64,000 bases of DNA from Gammaproteobacteria bacterium (GCA_018970145.1 JAGWWY010000010.1:21783-85782); one strand, 5' to 3'; counted from the first letter of the stretch, positions 19,984-29,300 are shown. Program-made: numbers and translations. Notes: generated by a model not told the origin, from the sequence alone.

Positions 19984-20483
19984 AGATCCGCTGGCCAATC
20001 CACCAGGATGGTCTTCGCGGCGTCGTCGATCTCGCGAAGGTGCTCCCGGCTGCTGGGAACCCATCGCTCGCGCTCACCCTTGACCACCATGACGGCATTC
20101 GCCGGCAAGTCCTCGAACCCCTCGATGGTGCCGAATTCGACACCCTCCAGGTTGCGCACCTGGTAACCGATCAGATCGTGTCGGTAGTGCTCCCCGGGTT
20201 CCAAGGGGGGCAACTCCGCACGGGGTACCTCGATGATGCAGCCGACCCAAGGTTCAGCTGTCTCTCGTTGGGAGACCCCTTCCAGACGCACCAGCAAGCC
20301 TTTCGGGCTGCCATCTGCCTCTGCCACCGCCGTCATTTGCCGCTGCCCGGAGGCGCTACGCAAATGCCAGGTGGGGTAGTCCAATATGGCCTCAGGGGGA
20401 TCCGTCCAGGATTGCAGGTGCAACCAACCCTTCAAGCCTTTGGGGCGACCAAGTCGTCCCAACTCAACCCAGTCGCGGTTCAG
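19980..20483 (-). CDS. rimM: 16S rRNA processing protein RimM (start uncertain)
   Basis: It has a RimM PRC-barrel sequence and the right operon position. Candidate in-frame starts are TTG 20564 (inside rpsP), CTG 20483 (abutting the rpsP stop) and TTG 20462. Confidence 0.8.
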   Translation of the reverse strand: MNRDWVELGRLGRPKGLKGWLHLQSWTDPPEAILDYPTWHLRSASGQRQMTAVAEADGSPKGLLVRLEGVSQRETAEPWVGCIIEVPRAELPPLEPGEHYRHDLIGYQVRNLEGVEFGTIEGFEDLPANAVMVVKGERERWVPSSREHLREIDDAAKTILVDWPADL

Positions 20484-20740
20484 GCCGCAGCCTGAGCGAC
20501 CTTGCGATAATCGCTGACCAGCGACTTCACGCGGTCGGACTGCTTGGCACCCTGACCCACCCAATACTCGATACGGGCGAGGTCGAGCTTCAGTTTCGGC
20601 TCGCTCTTGCGCGCCACAGGATTAAAAAAGCCCACGTTTTCAAGGCTCGCGCCGCCCTGTCGCTTGCGGCTATCGGTCACAACGACGTGATAGAAGGGCG
20701 AATTCTTCGCACCACGCCGCGTCAGACGAATCGTCACCAT
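20480..20740 (-). CDS. rpsP: 30S ribosomal protein S16
   Basis: It begins [25 protein letters not shown], a typical S16 N-terminus. Confidence 0.95.
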   Translation of the reverse strand: MVTIRLTRRGAKNSPFYHVVVTDSRKRQGGASLENVGFFNPVARKSEPKLKLDLARIEYWVGQGAKQSDRVKSLVSDYRKVAQAAA

Positions 20741-20825
20741 AGGTCGTTACGCTCTCGGTCGTAGCCCCGCGGGGCTGAAAAAGAGCGCGGAGTCTACAGA
20801 AATCAGGGACTTGATGGAAGCGCTC

Positions 20826-22187
20826 TTAAGGCTTCGGAAAACCCGGTGGAAGCCCGCCCCCCTTGAGGGCGCCGAGCATGCGGCGAAATTTGCCACCCTT
20901 CATGCTCTTCATCATCCGCTGCATCTCGGTGAACTGCTTCAGCAAGCGGTTCACGTCCTGCACTTGGGTGCCTGAACCGGTCGCGATCCGCCGGCGACGC
21001 GAACCATCGATGATGTCGGGTTTGCGTCGCTCTCGATGGGTCATGGAGTTGATGATGGCGATCTGGCGACGGATCTGGGCGTCACCCTCACCTGCCGGCA
21101 TCCCTCCTTTGGCGAGATTGCCCGGGAGCTTGTCCATCAGCGACTCGAGACCGCCCAAGCTCTGCACCTGCTCGAGTTGGCCTTTCAGGTCGTAGAAGTC
21201 GAAGCGGCCACCGCCCATGACCTTCTTGGCAAGGCGCTCAGCCTCGGCGGCATCAACCTTGCCCTGCACCTGTTCGACCAGCGCAACGACGTCGCCCATG
21301 CCAAGAATGCGCCCGACCATGCGTTCGGGGTCGAAGGGCTGCAGCGCATCGCTCTTTTCACCGACGCCCAAAAACAGAATCGGCTTGCCAGTCACATGCC
21401 GCACGGACAAGGCCGCGCCGCCGCGGGCATCACCGTCGATCTTGGTCAGGATCACACCCGTCAATTCCAGTGCAGAACTGAAGGCCTTGGCCGAATTCAG
21501 CGCATCTTGTCCCGCCATGGCATCAACGACAAACAGCCGCTCATGCGAACCCACCGCGGCATCGATCGCTTGCGCCTCGGCCATCAATTCCGAATCGACA
21601 TGCAAACGACCGGCGGTGTCGACGATGAGAACGTCGAACACGCCCTGCTTGGCCGCCTCCAAAGCAGTCCGGGCGATCCGCAGCGGATCATCGCTCGGGT
21701 CGCAGGCGTGGAACGAGGCGCCCACTTGCTCGGCCAAGCGCTGCAACTGCGTGATCGCCGCCGGGCGCCGAACGTCCGTACTGACCAGCAAAACCCGCTT
21801 TTTACGTTCTTCGATGAGCCAGCGCGCGAGCTTGGCCGCCGTGGTGGTCTTACCGGCACCCTGCAGACCCGCGAGCAGCACCACGTAGGGTGGCTGGGCC
21901 CTCAGCTCAAAACCGGCCCGAGCGCCCCCCATGAGCTCGACGAGCTCGCGGTGGATGATCGAGACGAAAACCTGACCCGGTGTGAGACTGGTCGCAACCT
22001 CTTGCCCTTGGGCTTTTTCCTTGACCGTCTCAAGAAAGGATTTGATAACTGGGAGGGCAACATCCGCCTCGAGCAGCGCCATGCGCACCTCGCGCAGGGT
22101 CTCGGCGATGTTGTCCTCGCTGATCCGACCCTTGCCGCGCAGGTTTTGGACCGTCTTCGCGAGTTTTTGACTCAGGTTTTCGAACAT
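20826..22187 (-). CDS. ffh: Signal recognition particle protein Ffh
   Basis: Its N-terminus (MFENLSQKLAKTVQNLRGKGRISEDNIAETLREVRMALLEADVALPV) aligns with E. coli Ffh residue for residue. It also has a GTPase G-domain and a Met-rich M-domain. Confidence 0.95.
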   Translation of the reverse strand: MFENLSQKLAKTVQNLRGKGRISEDNIAETLREVRMALLEADVALPVIKSFLETVKEKAQGQEVATSLTPGQVFVSIIHRELVELMGGARAGFELRAQPPYVVLLAGLQGAGKTTTAAKLARWLIEERKKRVLLVSTDVRRPAAITQLQRLAEQVGASFHACDPSDDPLRIARTALEAAKQGVFDVLIVDTAGRLHVDSELMAEAQAIDAAVGSHERLFVVDAMAGQDALNSAKAFSSALELTGVILTKIDGDARGGAALSVRHVTGKPILFLGVGEKSDALQPFDPERMVGRILGMGDVVALVEQVQGKVDAAEAERLAKKVMGGGRFDFYDLKGQLEQVQSLGGLESLMDKLPGNLAKGGMPAGEGDAQIRRQIAIINSMTHRERRKPDIIDGSRRRRIATGSGTQVQDVNRLLKQFTEMQRMMKSMKGGKFRRMLGALKGGGLPPGFPKP

Positions 22188-22190
22188 CGC

Positions 22191-23507
22191 ATGATTATAG
22201 CCGTGAGTGATCCGGCCCTCCCCGTCTTGATAGGCCTCCTCGCGCTTTGTCTCGTCTTGTCCGCGTTCTTCTCGGGCACCGAAACAGCGCTGATGAGTTT
22301 CAACCGTTATCAGTTGCGCACCATGGTCAACCAAGGCCATCGTGGCGCCTTGCTCGCCGAACGGCTGTTGCAACGCCCCGATCGGCTCATCGGCTTGATC
22401 CTGCTCGGCAACAACCTCGTCAACAATCTCGCGGCGACGCTCGTCGCCATCATCGTGCTGCGTACCTACGGCGAAGAGTGGGTTGCCGTGGGCGCGGGCG
22501 TGATCACGCTCGTGATGCTGATCTTCTGCGAGGTCGGCCCCAAGACCTACGCGGCGCTACACCCCCGACGGCTCGCGACGACCTCGTCCTACGTTTACAT
22601 CGCACTGCAATGGATATTGCGACCTGCGGTGTATGCGATCAACTGGATCACCAACGGTGCGCTGCGCCTCGTGGGTCTGAACGTCGATCGTCAAACTCAG
22701 CAAAACACCCTCTCGCGCGAAGAGCTGCGCACCGTCGTCGCCGAAGCAGGCTTGATGATTCCGCGCAGTCACCAGCAAATGCTGATCGGCATTTTGGACC
22801 TCGAGCGGATCACGGTGAACGACATCATGATTCCGCGGCAGGATATCTCGGGCATCGATCTCGACGATGATTGGGAGCGTATCCTCGATCAACTGCGTCA
22901 AACCCCGCACACGCGCCTGCCCGTCTACCGCGGCGATATGGGAAACATGTTGGGTTTATTGCATATGAAGCGCGTCGCGCAGGAACTCGCGCGAGGCTCG
23001 CTCGATCGCGAGCGGCTTGGCGAAGTGGCCGTGCAACGCGAGCCGTATTACGTGCCCGAGGGCACACCACTGACCACGCAGCTGCAAAATTTTCAGCGTG
23101 ATCGACGTCGACTGGCGTTCGTCGTCGACGAGTATGGCGAGGTCATGGGCCTCGTCACACTCGAGGACATCCTCGAGGAAATCGTCGGTGAATTTACACA
23201 GAACGCGGCCACGCTGTCGCATCGCGATATTCATCGCGATCGATCCGGTACCTACATCATCAACGGCGGCACGACGATCCGCACGCTTAACCGTACGCTC
23301 GGCTGGCAACTCCCCACCGACGGGCCGAAAACCTTGAACGGACTTTTGATCGAGCGACTCGAGACGATCCCGAACTCCGGTACCTCACTACGCATCGACA
23401 ACCTCGAGATGGAGGTGCTACAGGTAGCCGACAACACGGTGCGTACCGTGAAGGTGCGCGTCACGAGTGACTCAGGTGCCGAAGGCGGCGGCGAGAGCCT
23501 CGGATAA
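22191..23507 (+). CDS. HlyC/CorC-family transporter (DUF21 membrane domain, CBS pair, CorC_HlyC domain), CorB/YfjD-like
   Basis: Its N-terminus (FFSGTETALMSFNRYQLR...LLGNNLVNN) resembles E. coli YfjD. It also has CBS and C-terminal transporter-associated domains. The upstream 385 codons of ORF 21036..23507 are antisense to ffh and I disregard them. Confidence 0.85.
   Translation: MIIAVSDPALPVLIGLLALCLVLSAFFSGTETALMSFNRYQLRTMVNQGHRGALLAERLLQRPDRLIGLILLGNNLVNNLAATLVAIIVLRTYGEEWVAVGAGVITLVMLIFCEVGPKTYAALHPRRLATTSSYVYIALQWILRPAVYAINWITNGALRLVGLNVDRQTQQNTLSREELRTVVAEAGLMIPRSHQQMLIGILDLERITVNDIMIPRQDISGIDLDDDWERILDQLRQTPHTRLPVYRGDMGNMLGLLHMKRVAQELARGSLDRERLGEVAVQREPYYVPEGTPLTTQLQNFQRDRRRLAFVVDEYGEVMGLVTLEDILEEIVGEFTQNAATLSHRDIHRDRSGTYIINGGTTIRTLNRTLGWQLPTDGPKTLNGLLIERLETIPNSGTSLRIDNLEMEVLQVADNTVRTVKVRVTSDSGAEGGGESLG
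22194..22199 (-). promoter_or_regulatory. Candidate -10 hexamer TATAAT placed for a leaderless ffh mRNA
   Basis: The minus strand reads GGCTATAATCATGCG-ATG. The hexamer ends 6 nt before the ffh ATG, and no Shine-Dalgarno occurs in the 20 nt upstream. No good -35 was seen. Confidence 0.35.
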
Positions 23508-24830
23508 TCTCGAGACACTTTTGACCTGCAGCCCTTCGATGGGTTTTCGAGGGGCGTTGTCCGCAGCCACGATCGCCACGCGAAAACCCTGCTTGGCCGC
23601 TTCGCGCAAGCGCTCCTCGCCGTAGGCTACGGGCCGCACCTCGCCGGTCAAACCCACCTCGCCAAATGCGACCAAGGTCGCGCAGAGGGGCTTGTCGCGC
23701 AAACTCGACGCCAGGGTGAGCAGAACCGGAAGATCGCTCGCCGTTTCGTGCAAGGACAAACCGCCCACCACGTTGGCGAAGACATCATGGTCCTGCAGCG
23801 ACAATCCGCCATGCCGATTGAGCACAGCGAGCAACATCGCGAGGCGCGTGGAGTCGAGTCCTTGCGCGACCCGCCGCGGATTGCCAAAGCGCATGGGATC
23901 GACGAGCCCCTGGATTTCGACCAGCAAAGGGCGCCCTCCCTCTCGGGCTACGGTCACGAGGCTGCCGGGAGCAATCTCGGTTGGCCTCGCGAGGAAAATC
24001 GCCGATGGGTTCGCGATTTCTTTGAGACCAGACTCGGTCATGGCGAAGAAGGCCAACTCGTTGACCGCTCCAAAACGATTTTTAGTGGCACGCACGATGC
24101 GATAACGCGAACCGGCGTCGCTCTCGAAATACAACACGGTATCGACCAAATGCTCGAGAACCTTGGGACCGGCGATCGTACCTTCGCGCGTGACATGACC
24201 GATGATGAGCACCGTGGTCCCTGTGCTCTTGGCGTAGCGCACCAAGGCGGCCGCACACTCGCGCAGCTGCGAGACACCACCCGCACTCGCCGCCACCTCC
24301 GGCAAGTACACCGTCTGGATCGAATCGACGATCAGCAGCGATGCTTTCGAATCGCGTGCCGCCTCGAGGATCACATCGAGACTCGGCTCGGACATCAACT
24401 GGAGATTGGCCACATCGAGACCAAGACGTCCTGCACGCGCAGCGACCTGCGAGGCAGACTCTTCCCCAGTGGCATAGAGCACGCTCGCCTCAGCGCAAAC
24501 GCGCGCGCCGACCTGCAGCAACAAAGTCGACTTGCCGATACCGGGATCGCCTCCCAACAGCACCACGCTGCCAGCTACCAGACCACCGCCCACGACTCGA
24601 TCGAGTTCGCCGGAGCCCGTTCGCCGCCGCGCTGCCGAGGCGGCCCCGTCGAGTTTGCCAAGTAGCGTGGCCTTGGCCGTCGCCGCGGCGGACCGCACCG
24701 GCGACGCACGACGCTCCTTGAGCGCGGCCTCCATCGTATTCCACTGCTGGCATTGGCTGCATTGGCCCTGCCAGCGCGTCGCCTCCGCACCGCAGGAGCG
24801 ACACACGAAAATTTCGCGTACTTTGCTCAT
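23472..24830 (-). CDS. radA: DNA repair protein RadA (Sms)
   Basis: It has an N-terminal zinc ribbon (CRSCGAEATRWQGQCSQC), a Walker A (GDPGIGKST), a KNRFG motif and a Lon-like C-terminal domain. Confidence 0.95.
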   Translation of the reverse strand: MSKVREIFVCRSCGAEATRWQGQCSQCQQWNTMEAALKERRASPVRSAAATAKATLLGKLDGAASAARRRTGSGELDRVVGGGLVAGSVVLLGGDPGIGKSTLLLQVGARVCAEASVLYATGEESASQVAARAGRLGLDVANLQLMSEPSLDVILEAARDSKASLLIVDSIQTVYLPEVAASAGGVSQLRECAAALVRYAKSTGTTVLIIGHVTREGTIAGPKVLEHLVDTVLYFESDAGSRYRIVRATKNRFGAVNELAFFAMTESGLKEIANPSAIFLARPTEIAPGSLVTVAREGGRPLLVEIQGLVDPMRFGNPRRVAQGLDSTRLAMLLAVLNRHGGLSLQDHDVFANVVGGLSLHETASDLPVLLTLASSLRDKPLCATLVAFGEVGLTGEVRPVAYGEERLREAAKQGFRVAIVAADNAPRKPIEGLQVKSVSRLSEALAAAFGT

Positions 24831-24909
24831 GAGTGTCGGATGCTAGCACGCGCAAGTCGATGACCGTTTCCGCCAAGAAACGCCGTTAGCTCGATGGGAG
24901 GAACCGTCT

Positions 24910-25707
24910 ATGAAACCGACCATCCAACTCGACGTCGCGGCCGTTAGCGACCGCGGTCTCAAGCGCAGCACCAACGAAGATAGCGTGCTTTGCGACCCGC
25001 TTCTCGGCTTATTCGCCGTCGCCGATGGCATGGGCGGACACGCCAGTGGAGAGGTTGCGAGCCGCCTCGCCATCGATACGGTACATCGCGAGTGGCGTGA
25101 CGCTCGGCGAGCGGGTCGAGTGCCCGGCGTCGATCACCGGGAAGACGGACGCCGGCTAAGCGATGTGGTCGCTGCCGCCAACCAGCTCGTACTGCATCGC
25201 TCGCGGAGTTGCGATTTGTTCGCCGGCATGGGGACTACCCTGCTGGTCGCGGTGCTGCACGACATGACGCTGCACTACGCCCATGTCGGTGACTCGCGCC
25301 TATACCGATTGCGGGATGAACAGTTAGTGCTGTTGACGCGCGATCACACCGTCGCCCAATGGAGATTGGATCTTGGTTTGTGTACCGCTGCAGAAGCGCG
25401 AGCGTCCTCCGGCGCGCATCGCCTTACACGGGCGATCGGTATGGACCCAGACTGCGGCGTCGACGTGGCTGCATGCCGTTGCGAACCCGGCGACGGATTT
25501 CTGCTCTGCAGCGACGGCTTGAATCACGAACTAGAAGACGAGGCGATAGCGCGTGAATGGCGCAACGCGATGCGTCGCAATGATTCAGCCGACAGTCTGT
25601 GCCGTGCGTTGATCAACCAAGCCAATCAAGCCGGCGGTCGTGACAATGTCAGCGTGCTCGCGCTGCACCTGCGCGCGCACGGTCGATCGACGACTCAATC
25701 GACGTAG
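24910..25707 (+). CDS. PP2C-family (PPM) Ser/Thr protein phosphatase
   Basis: It has PPM motifs (SDRGLKRSTNEDS, ADGMGGH, GDSRLY, LCSDGL, GGRDNVSV). A strong SD (GGGAGG) lies 7 nt upstream of the ATG. Confidence 0.85.
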   Translation: MKPTIQLDVAAVSDRGLKRSTNEDSVLCDPLLGLFAVADGMGGHASGEVASRLAIDTVHREWRDARRAGRVPGVDHREDGRRLSDVVAAANQLVLHRSRSCDLFAGMGTTLLVAVLHDMTLHYAHVGDSRLYRLRDEQLVLLTRDHTVAQWRLDLGLCTAAEARASSGAHRLTRAIGMDPDCGVDVAACRCEPGDGFLLCSDGLNHELEDEAIAREWRNAMRRNDSADSLCRALINQANQAGGRDNVSVLALHLRAHGRSTTQST

Positions 25708-26789
25708 ACGCGCGGCACCCGAGCGGTCACCCGGCACAACAACTCGTAGCCGATCGTGCCCGCATATTTTGCGATCTCGTCGACCGCGAGTCCTAATCCC
25801 CACAACACAACGCGATCACCGATGGCGACGTTCGGGACATCGGTCACGTCGACCGTGATCATATCCATCGAAACGCGCCCCACGAGCGACACTCGATGAC
25901 CCGCCACCAACACTGGCGTACCGCTCGGACAACTGCGCGGCACGCCATCGGCGTAACCCGCGGCGATCACAGCCAAGCGCGTGTGTCTAGCGGCCGTCCA
26001 AGTTGCTCCGTAGCCCACCGATTCACCGACCTCGAGATCGCGCAGTGCAATGACCTCGCTCTCGAGGCTCATGACCGGTTCGAGGCCAAGTTCTGAAGCG
26101 GTACGCTCGCTCGTCGGCGAACAGCCATAGAGCGCGATGCCAGTGCGCACCCAATCGCCTTGTGTCTTCGCGCCTCGGATGATGCCAGCCGAGTTCCCAA
26201 CGCTGCGCAGACTTGGAATCTCCGCCGAAACCGCCGTAAAGCACGCAAGCTGGCGAGCGGTGAGTGGGTGCGCCGACTCGTCTGCCGTCGCGAGATGCGT
26301 CATGAGACGGATTTCTTTGACGATCTTGAGAGTCTTCAAGCGCATGGCTACGACGGGCGCCTCGACTTTGTTGAAGCCCAGTCGATTCATCCCGGTGTTG
26401 AGCTTGAGCCATACGACGATAGGTTCGACCGCAGCGGTCGTAACGCGCGACTCCAACCAATCGATCTGATGCCTCGAGTGCACAACGAGCTCGAATCGAT
26501 ACTCTAGCGCCAGCGACAACTCATCGGGCGAAAATACCCCCTCCATCAAGACGATGGGCGCAGTAATGCCCGCTGCGCGTAACTCAAGGCCTTCACCCAA
26601 ACGCGCAACGCCATAAGCGTCGGCCGACAAGGTTCGAGCGGCTTCCACGGCGCCATGTCCGTAAGCATTCGCCTTGATGACCGCCAGCATGCGCGACGTT
26701 GGCGCAGTGCGCCGTAGCAGCGCAAGATTCCGCTGCCATGCACGGCGGGAGATCACGGCGCGGATCGGACCCTGCGCCACCGAACTCAA
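25695..26789 (-). CDS. alr: Alanine racemase
   Basis: It has the PLP-Lys context (VIKANAYGHG) and an alanine racemase C-terminal domain. There is no ATG. The TTG start overlaps the dnaB stop (TTGA). Confidence 0.9.
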   Translation of the reverse strand: MSSVAQGPIRAVISRRAWQRNLALLRRTAPTSRMLAVIKANAYGHGAVEAARTLSADAYGVARLGEGLELRAAGITAPIVLMEGVFSPDELSLALEYRFELVVHSRHQIDWLESRVTTAAVEPIVVWLKLNTGMNRLGFNKVEAPVVAMRLKTLKIVKEIRLMTHLATADESAHPLTARQLACFTAVSAEIPSLRSVGNSAGIIRGAKTQGDWVRTGIALYGCSPTSERTASELGLEPVMSLESEVIALRDLEVGESVGYGATWTAARHTRLAVIAAGYADGVPRSCPSGTPVLVAGHRVSLVGRVSMDMITVDVTDVPNVAIGDRVVLWGLGLAVDEIAKYAGTIGYELLCRVTARVPRVYVD

Positions 26790-28162
26790 CGCAGTACGCC
26801 CTCGGCGTATGAATCCGGCGCGTAATTCACAAAGCGCGAGTACTGACCTTGAAAGGTCAGTACGAAGGTGCCGGTCTCACCGTTACGGTGCTTGGCGAGA
26901 TCGATCTCCGCCATGCCTTTCTTGGTGGTGTTCTTATCGTAAACCTCTTCGCGATAGATCAGCAGGATCATGTCGGCGTCCTGCTCGATCGCGCCCGACT
27001 CACGAAGATCCGACATCACCGGCTTCTTGTCGACACGCTGCTCAACACCGCGATTGAGCTGCGAGAGCGCGATGACCGGCAAATGCAATTCTTTGGCGAG
27101 CGCCTTCAGGCCGCGCGAAATCTCCGCTATTTCGGTCGCGCGGTTCTCTTGGTTACCCGGCACCTGCATCAGTTGTAGATAGTCGACCACGACGAGGTTC
27201 AGACCGTGCTCTCGGTGTACGCGACGCGCACGCGCACGCAGTTCGGTCGGGGTCAGGCCCGGTGTCTCGTCGATGAAGATCCGCGCTTCGGAGAGCTGCC
27301 CCGCCGCTCCGGTGATTCGTGGCCAATCATCGTCGGAGATTTGACCGCTGCGAATGTGCTGCAAACTGACCCGACCGATCGAGGAGAGCATACGAGTCAG
27401 CAGCTGCTCGGAGGGCATTTCCATCGAGAAGATCGCGACGGAAGCCTTCACGCCCTCTTTGAGCGCGGCATACTCAGCCATGTTGACCGCAAACGTGGTC
27501 TTGCCCATCGAGGGTCGGCCAGCGACGACCACGAGATCACCGCCACGCAATCCGCCGGTCTTGCGATCGAATTCGTCGAAGCCGGTCGGCAAGCCTCGCA
27601 TGCCGTCGGGGTTGTTGTGCCACTCGTCGATCTGATCGATCAACGCCGGCATCAAAGATTGCACGGCAACCGCGCCGTCGCGCTGTCCGCGCACGCCTTG
27701 CTCGGCGATCGCGAACACGCGACTCTCGGCCGTATCGACGAGTTCGCGAGCCGTCTCGCCTTCGTTGTTGAAGACCGACGCCGCAATATCCGTGCCGGCT
27801 TTGAGCAACTGACGCAGCAGCGAGCGCTCGCGGACGATCTCGGCGTAGGCACGAACGTTGGCGGCGGTTGGTGTATCGCGCGCCAGGGCGCCAAGGTAGG
27901 CCAATCCGCCGGCGTCGGCGAGTTGACCGCTACGCTCGAGCGATTCGCTGACGGTGACGGCGTCGGAGGGCTGGCCGAGCGACGCCAACTTGCCAATGGC
28001 ATCGAAAATGATGCGGTGGTCAGAGCGGTAAAAATCCTCGGAACGAAGCACGTCGGCGACGTTGTCCCAGGATTGCGAATCGAGGAGCAGGCCGCCTAAA
28101 ACGGCCTGCTCCGCCTCGATCGAATGCGGCGGTGTTCGCACGTCTCCGCCGCGTGCGCTCAT
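26786..28162 (-). CDS. dnaB: Replicative DNA helicase DnaB
   Basis: It has the N-terminal block PPHSIEAEQAVLGGLL, a Walker A (GRPSMGKTT) and RecA-like C-terminal motifs. Confidence 0.95.
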   Translation of the reverse strand: MSARGGDVRTPPHSIEAEQAVLGGLLLDSQSWDNVADVLRSEDFYRSDHRIIFDAIGKLASLGQPSDAVTVSESLERSGQLADAGGLAYLGALARDTPTAANVRAYAEIVRERSLLRQLLKAGTDIAASVFNNEGETARELVDTAESRVFAIAEQGVRGQRDGAVAVQSLMPALIDQIDEWHNNPDGMRGLPTGFDEFDRKTGGLRGGDLVVVAGRPSMGKTTFAVNMAEYAALKEGVKASVAIFSMEMPSEQLLTRMLSSIGRVSLQHIRSGQISDDDWPRITGAAGQLSEARIFIDETPGLTPTELRARARRVHREHGLNLVVVDYLQLMQVPGNQENRATEIAEISRGLKALAKELHLPVIALSQLNRGVEQRVDKKPVMSDLRESGAIEQDADMILLIYREEVYDKNTTKKGMAEIDLAKHRNGETGTFVLTFQGQYSRFVNYAPDSYAEGVLR

Positions 28163-28170
28163 CAGCGCGA

Positions 28171-28620
28171 TTACTCCTCAGCGCTGACGATGAGCTGCAA
28201 TTGCACATCGACATCCGTGTGCAAGTGCAACGAGATCGCGTGCTCGCCCACCGAGCGGATCGGACCGTTCGGCATGCGCACTTCCGAGCGCGCCACCTTA
28301 TGGCCCTGGGCCGTGCAGGCATCGGCGATATCGGTGGTGCCGATCGAGCCGAAGAGCTTGCCTTCGCTGCCGGCTTTCGCCCGGATCTGCAGCTTGAACT
28401 CCTTCATCGCATCCGAACGGCGGGTCGCATCGGCGAGCTCATCGCGAGCGACCTTCTCGAGCTCGACGCGGCGCGCTTCGAACTTGGCGACATTCGCCGG
28501 CGTGGCGAGCGTAGCCTTGCCCGAGGGCAACAAGAAATTGCGGCCGTAGCCGGACTTCACGTTGACGCGATCACCGATGTTGCCGAGGTTGGCAACCTTG
28601 GTAAGCAGAATGACATCCAT
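28171..28620 (-). CDS. rplI: 50S ribosomal protein L9
   Basis: It begins [32 protein letters not shown], a typical L9 N-terminus. Confidence 0.95.
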   Translation of the reverse strand: MDVILLTKVANLGNIGDRVNVKSGYGRNFLLPSGKATLATPANVAKFEARRVELEKVARDELADATRRSDAMKEFKLQIRAKAGSEGKLFGSIGTTDIADACTAQGHKVARSEVRMPNGPIRSVGEHAISLHLHTDVDVQLQLIVSAEE

Positions 28621-28641
28621 GGTGACGACTCCTCCGACCGA

Positions 28642-28893
28642 TCAATGCTGGTCGGTGTACGGCAGCAACGCGAGATAGCGTGCGCGACGTACGGCCGTGG
28701 CCAGCTGACGCTGATAGAACGAACGGGTTCCCGTGATACGGCTCGGGACGATCTTGCCGGTCTCGGTGATGTAACCCTTGAGCGTCGCGAGATCTTTGTA
28801 GTCGATCTGTTTCACGCCTTCGGCGGTGAAACGACAAAATTTCTTGCGACGGGTGAAGCGGCTGTTACCGCCTTGTTGTTTGCCAAAGCTCAT
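28642..28893 (-). CDS. rpsR: 30S ribosomal protein S18
   Basis: It contains [42 protein letters not shown], typical of S18. Confidence 0.95.
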   Translation of the reverse strand: MSFGKQQGGNSRFTRRKKFCRFTAEGVKQIDYKDLATLKGYITETGKIVPSRITGTRSFYQRQLATAVRRARYLALLPYTDQH

Positions 28894-28898
28894 GATGA

Positions 28899-29300
28899 TT
28901 ACTCCGCGAGGCCTTCTTCATCGCCCAGATCGTCACGACGGACGCGGCGCGGACGATCGACGCCCTCACCGACTTCCTCTTCTTCACCGCGCGCCATCGG
29001 CGACGGCTCGATCACGGGACCATCCATCTTGACGACCAAGTGACGCAGCACCGCATCACTGAAACGGAATCCGCCGGTCAGCTCCGAGAGCGTCTTTTGG
29101 TCGGTCTCGATGTTCATCAGGATGTAGTGGGCCTTGTGCACTTTGGCGATAGGGAAGGCCAATTGACGGCGCCCCCAGTCCTCGATGCGATGGATCTGAC
29201 CACCGCCTTGCGTGATCATGCCCTTGTAACGTTCGAGCATGGCGGGAACCTGCTCGCTCTGGTCGGGATGGACCAGAAACACGACTTCATAGTGCCTCAT
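28899..29300 (-). CDS. rpsF: 30S ribosomal protein S6 (with acidic C-terminal tail)
   Basis: It begins [18 protein letters not shown], typical of S6. The C-terminal tail is Glu/Asp-rich. Confidence 0.95.
   Translation of the reverse strand: MRHYEVVFLVHPDQSEQVPAMLERYKGMITQGGGQIHRIEDWGRRQLAFPIAKVHKAHYILMNIETDQKTLSELTGGFRFSDAVLRHLVVKMDGPVIEPSPMARGEEEEVGEGVDRPRRVRRDDLGDEEGLAE

Noticed and set aside
20763-20826. Between ffh and rpsP there is a 14-nt perfect palindrome (AGCCCCGCGGGGCT). There is also a 7-bp stem (AGAGCGC/GCGCTCT) followed by T5 on the minus strand. I considered both as an ffh terminator.
   Set aside because: - The palindrome has the T-run on the wrong side for either strand.
- The second stem encloses a ~31-nt loop, which is too large for a canonical intrinsic terminator.
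- The region must also hold the rpsP promoter.
- The evidence is too ambiguous to call a feature.
21036-22190. A stop-free stretch of 385 codons antisense to ffh is fused in-frame to the CorB-like gene. The ORF track reports it as an 823-aa ORF.
   Set aside because: - The opposite strand encodes an unmistakable full-length Ffh.
- The antisense translation is Arg/Gly/Leu/His-rich low-complexity sequence with no recognisable motifs, which is typical of high-GC shadow frames.
- The transporter homology begins only at ATG 22191.
28894-28898. The absence of priB between rpsF and rpsR.
   Set aside because: - The rpsF-priB-rpsR arrangement is characteristic of enterics and some other lineages.
- Many Gammaproteobacteria, including Pseudomonas-like genomes, lack priB at this position.
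- This is not anomalous.
28132-29043. A 303-aa ORF antisense to rplI, rpsR and rpsF. Similar long antisense ORFs occur at 27206..28099, 32321..33274, 36237..37223, 39520..40227, 55278..56072 and 61673..62969.
   Set aside because: - All of them lie opposite strongly conserved housekeeping genes.
- They have Arg/Ala/Pro/Ser-rich composition and no recognisable domains.
- I interpret them as GC-driven shadow ORFs.
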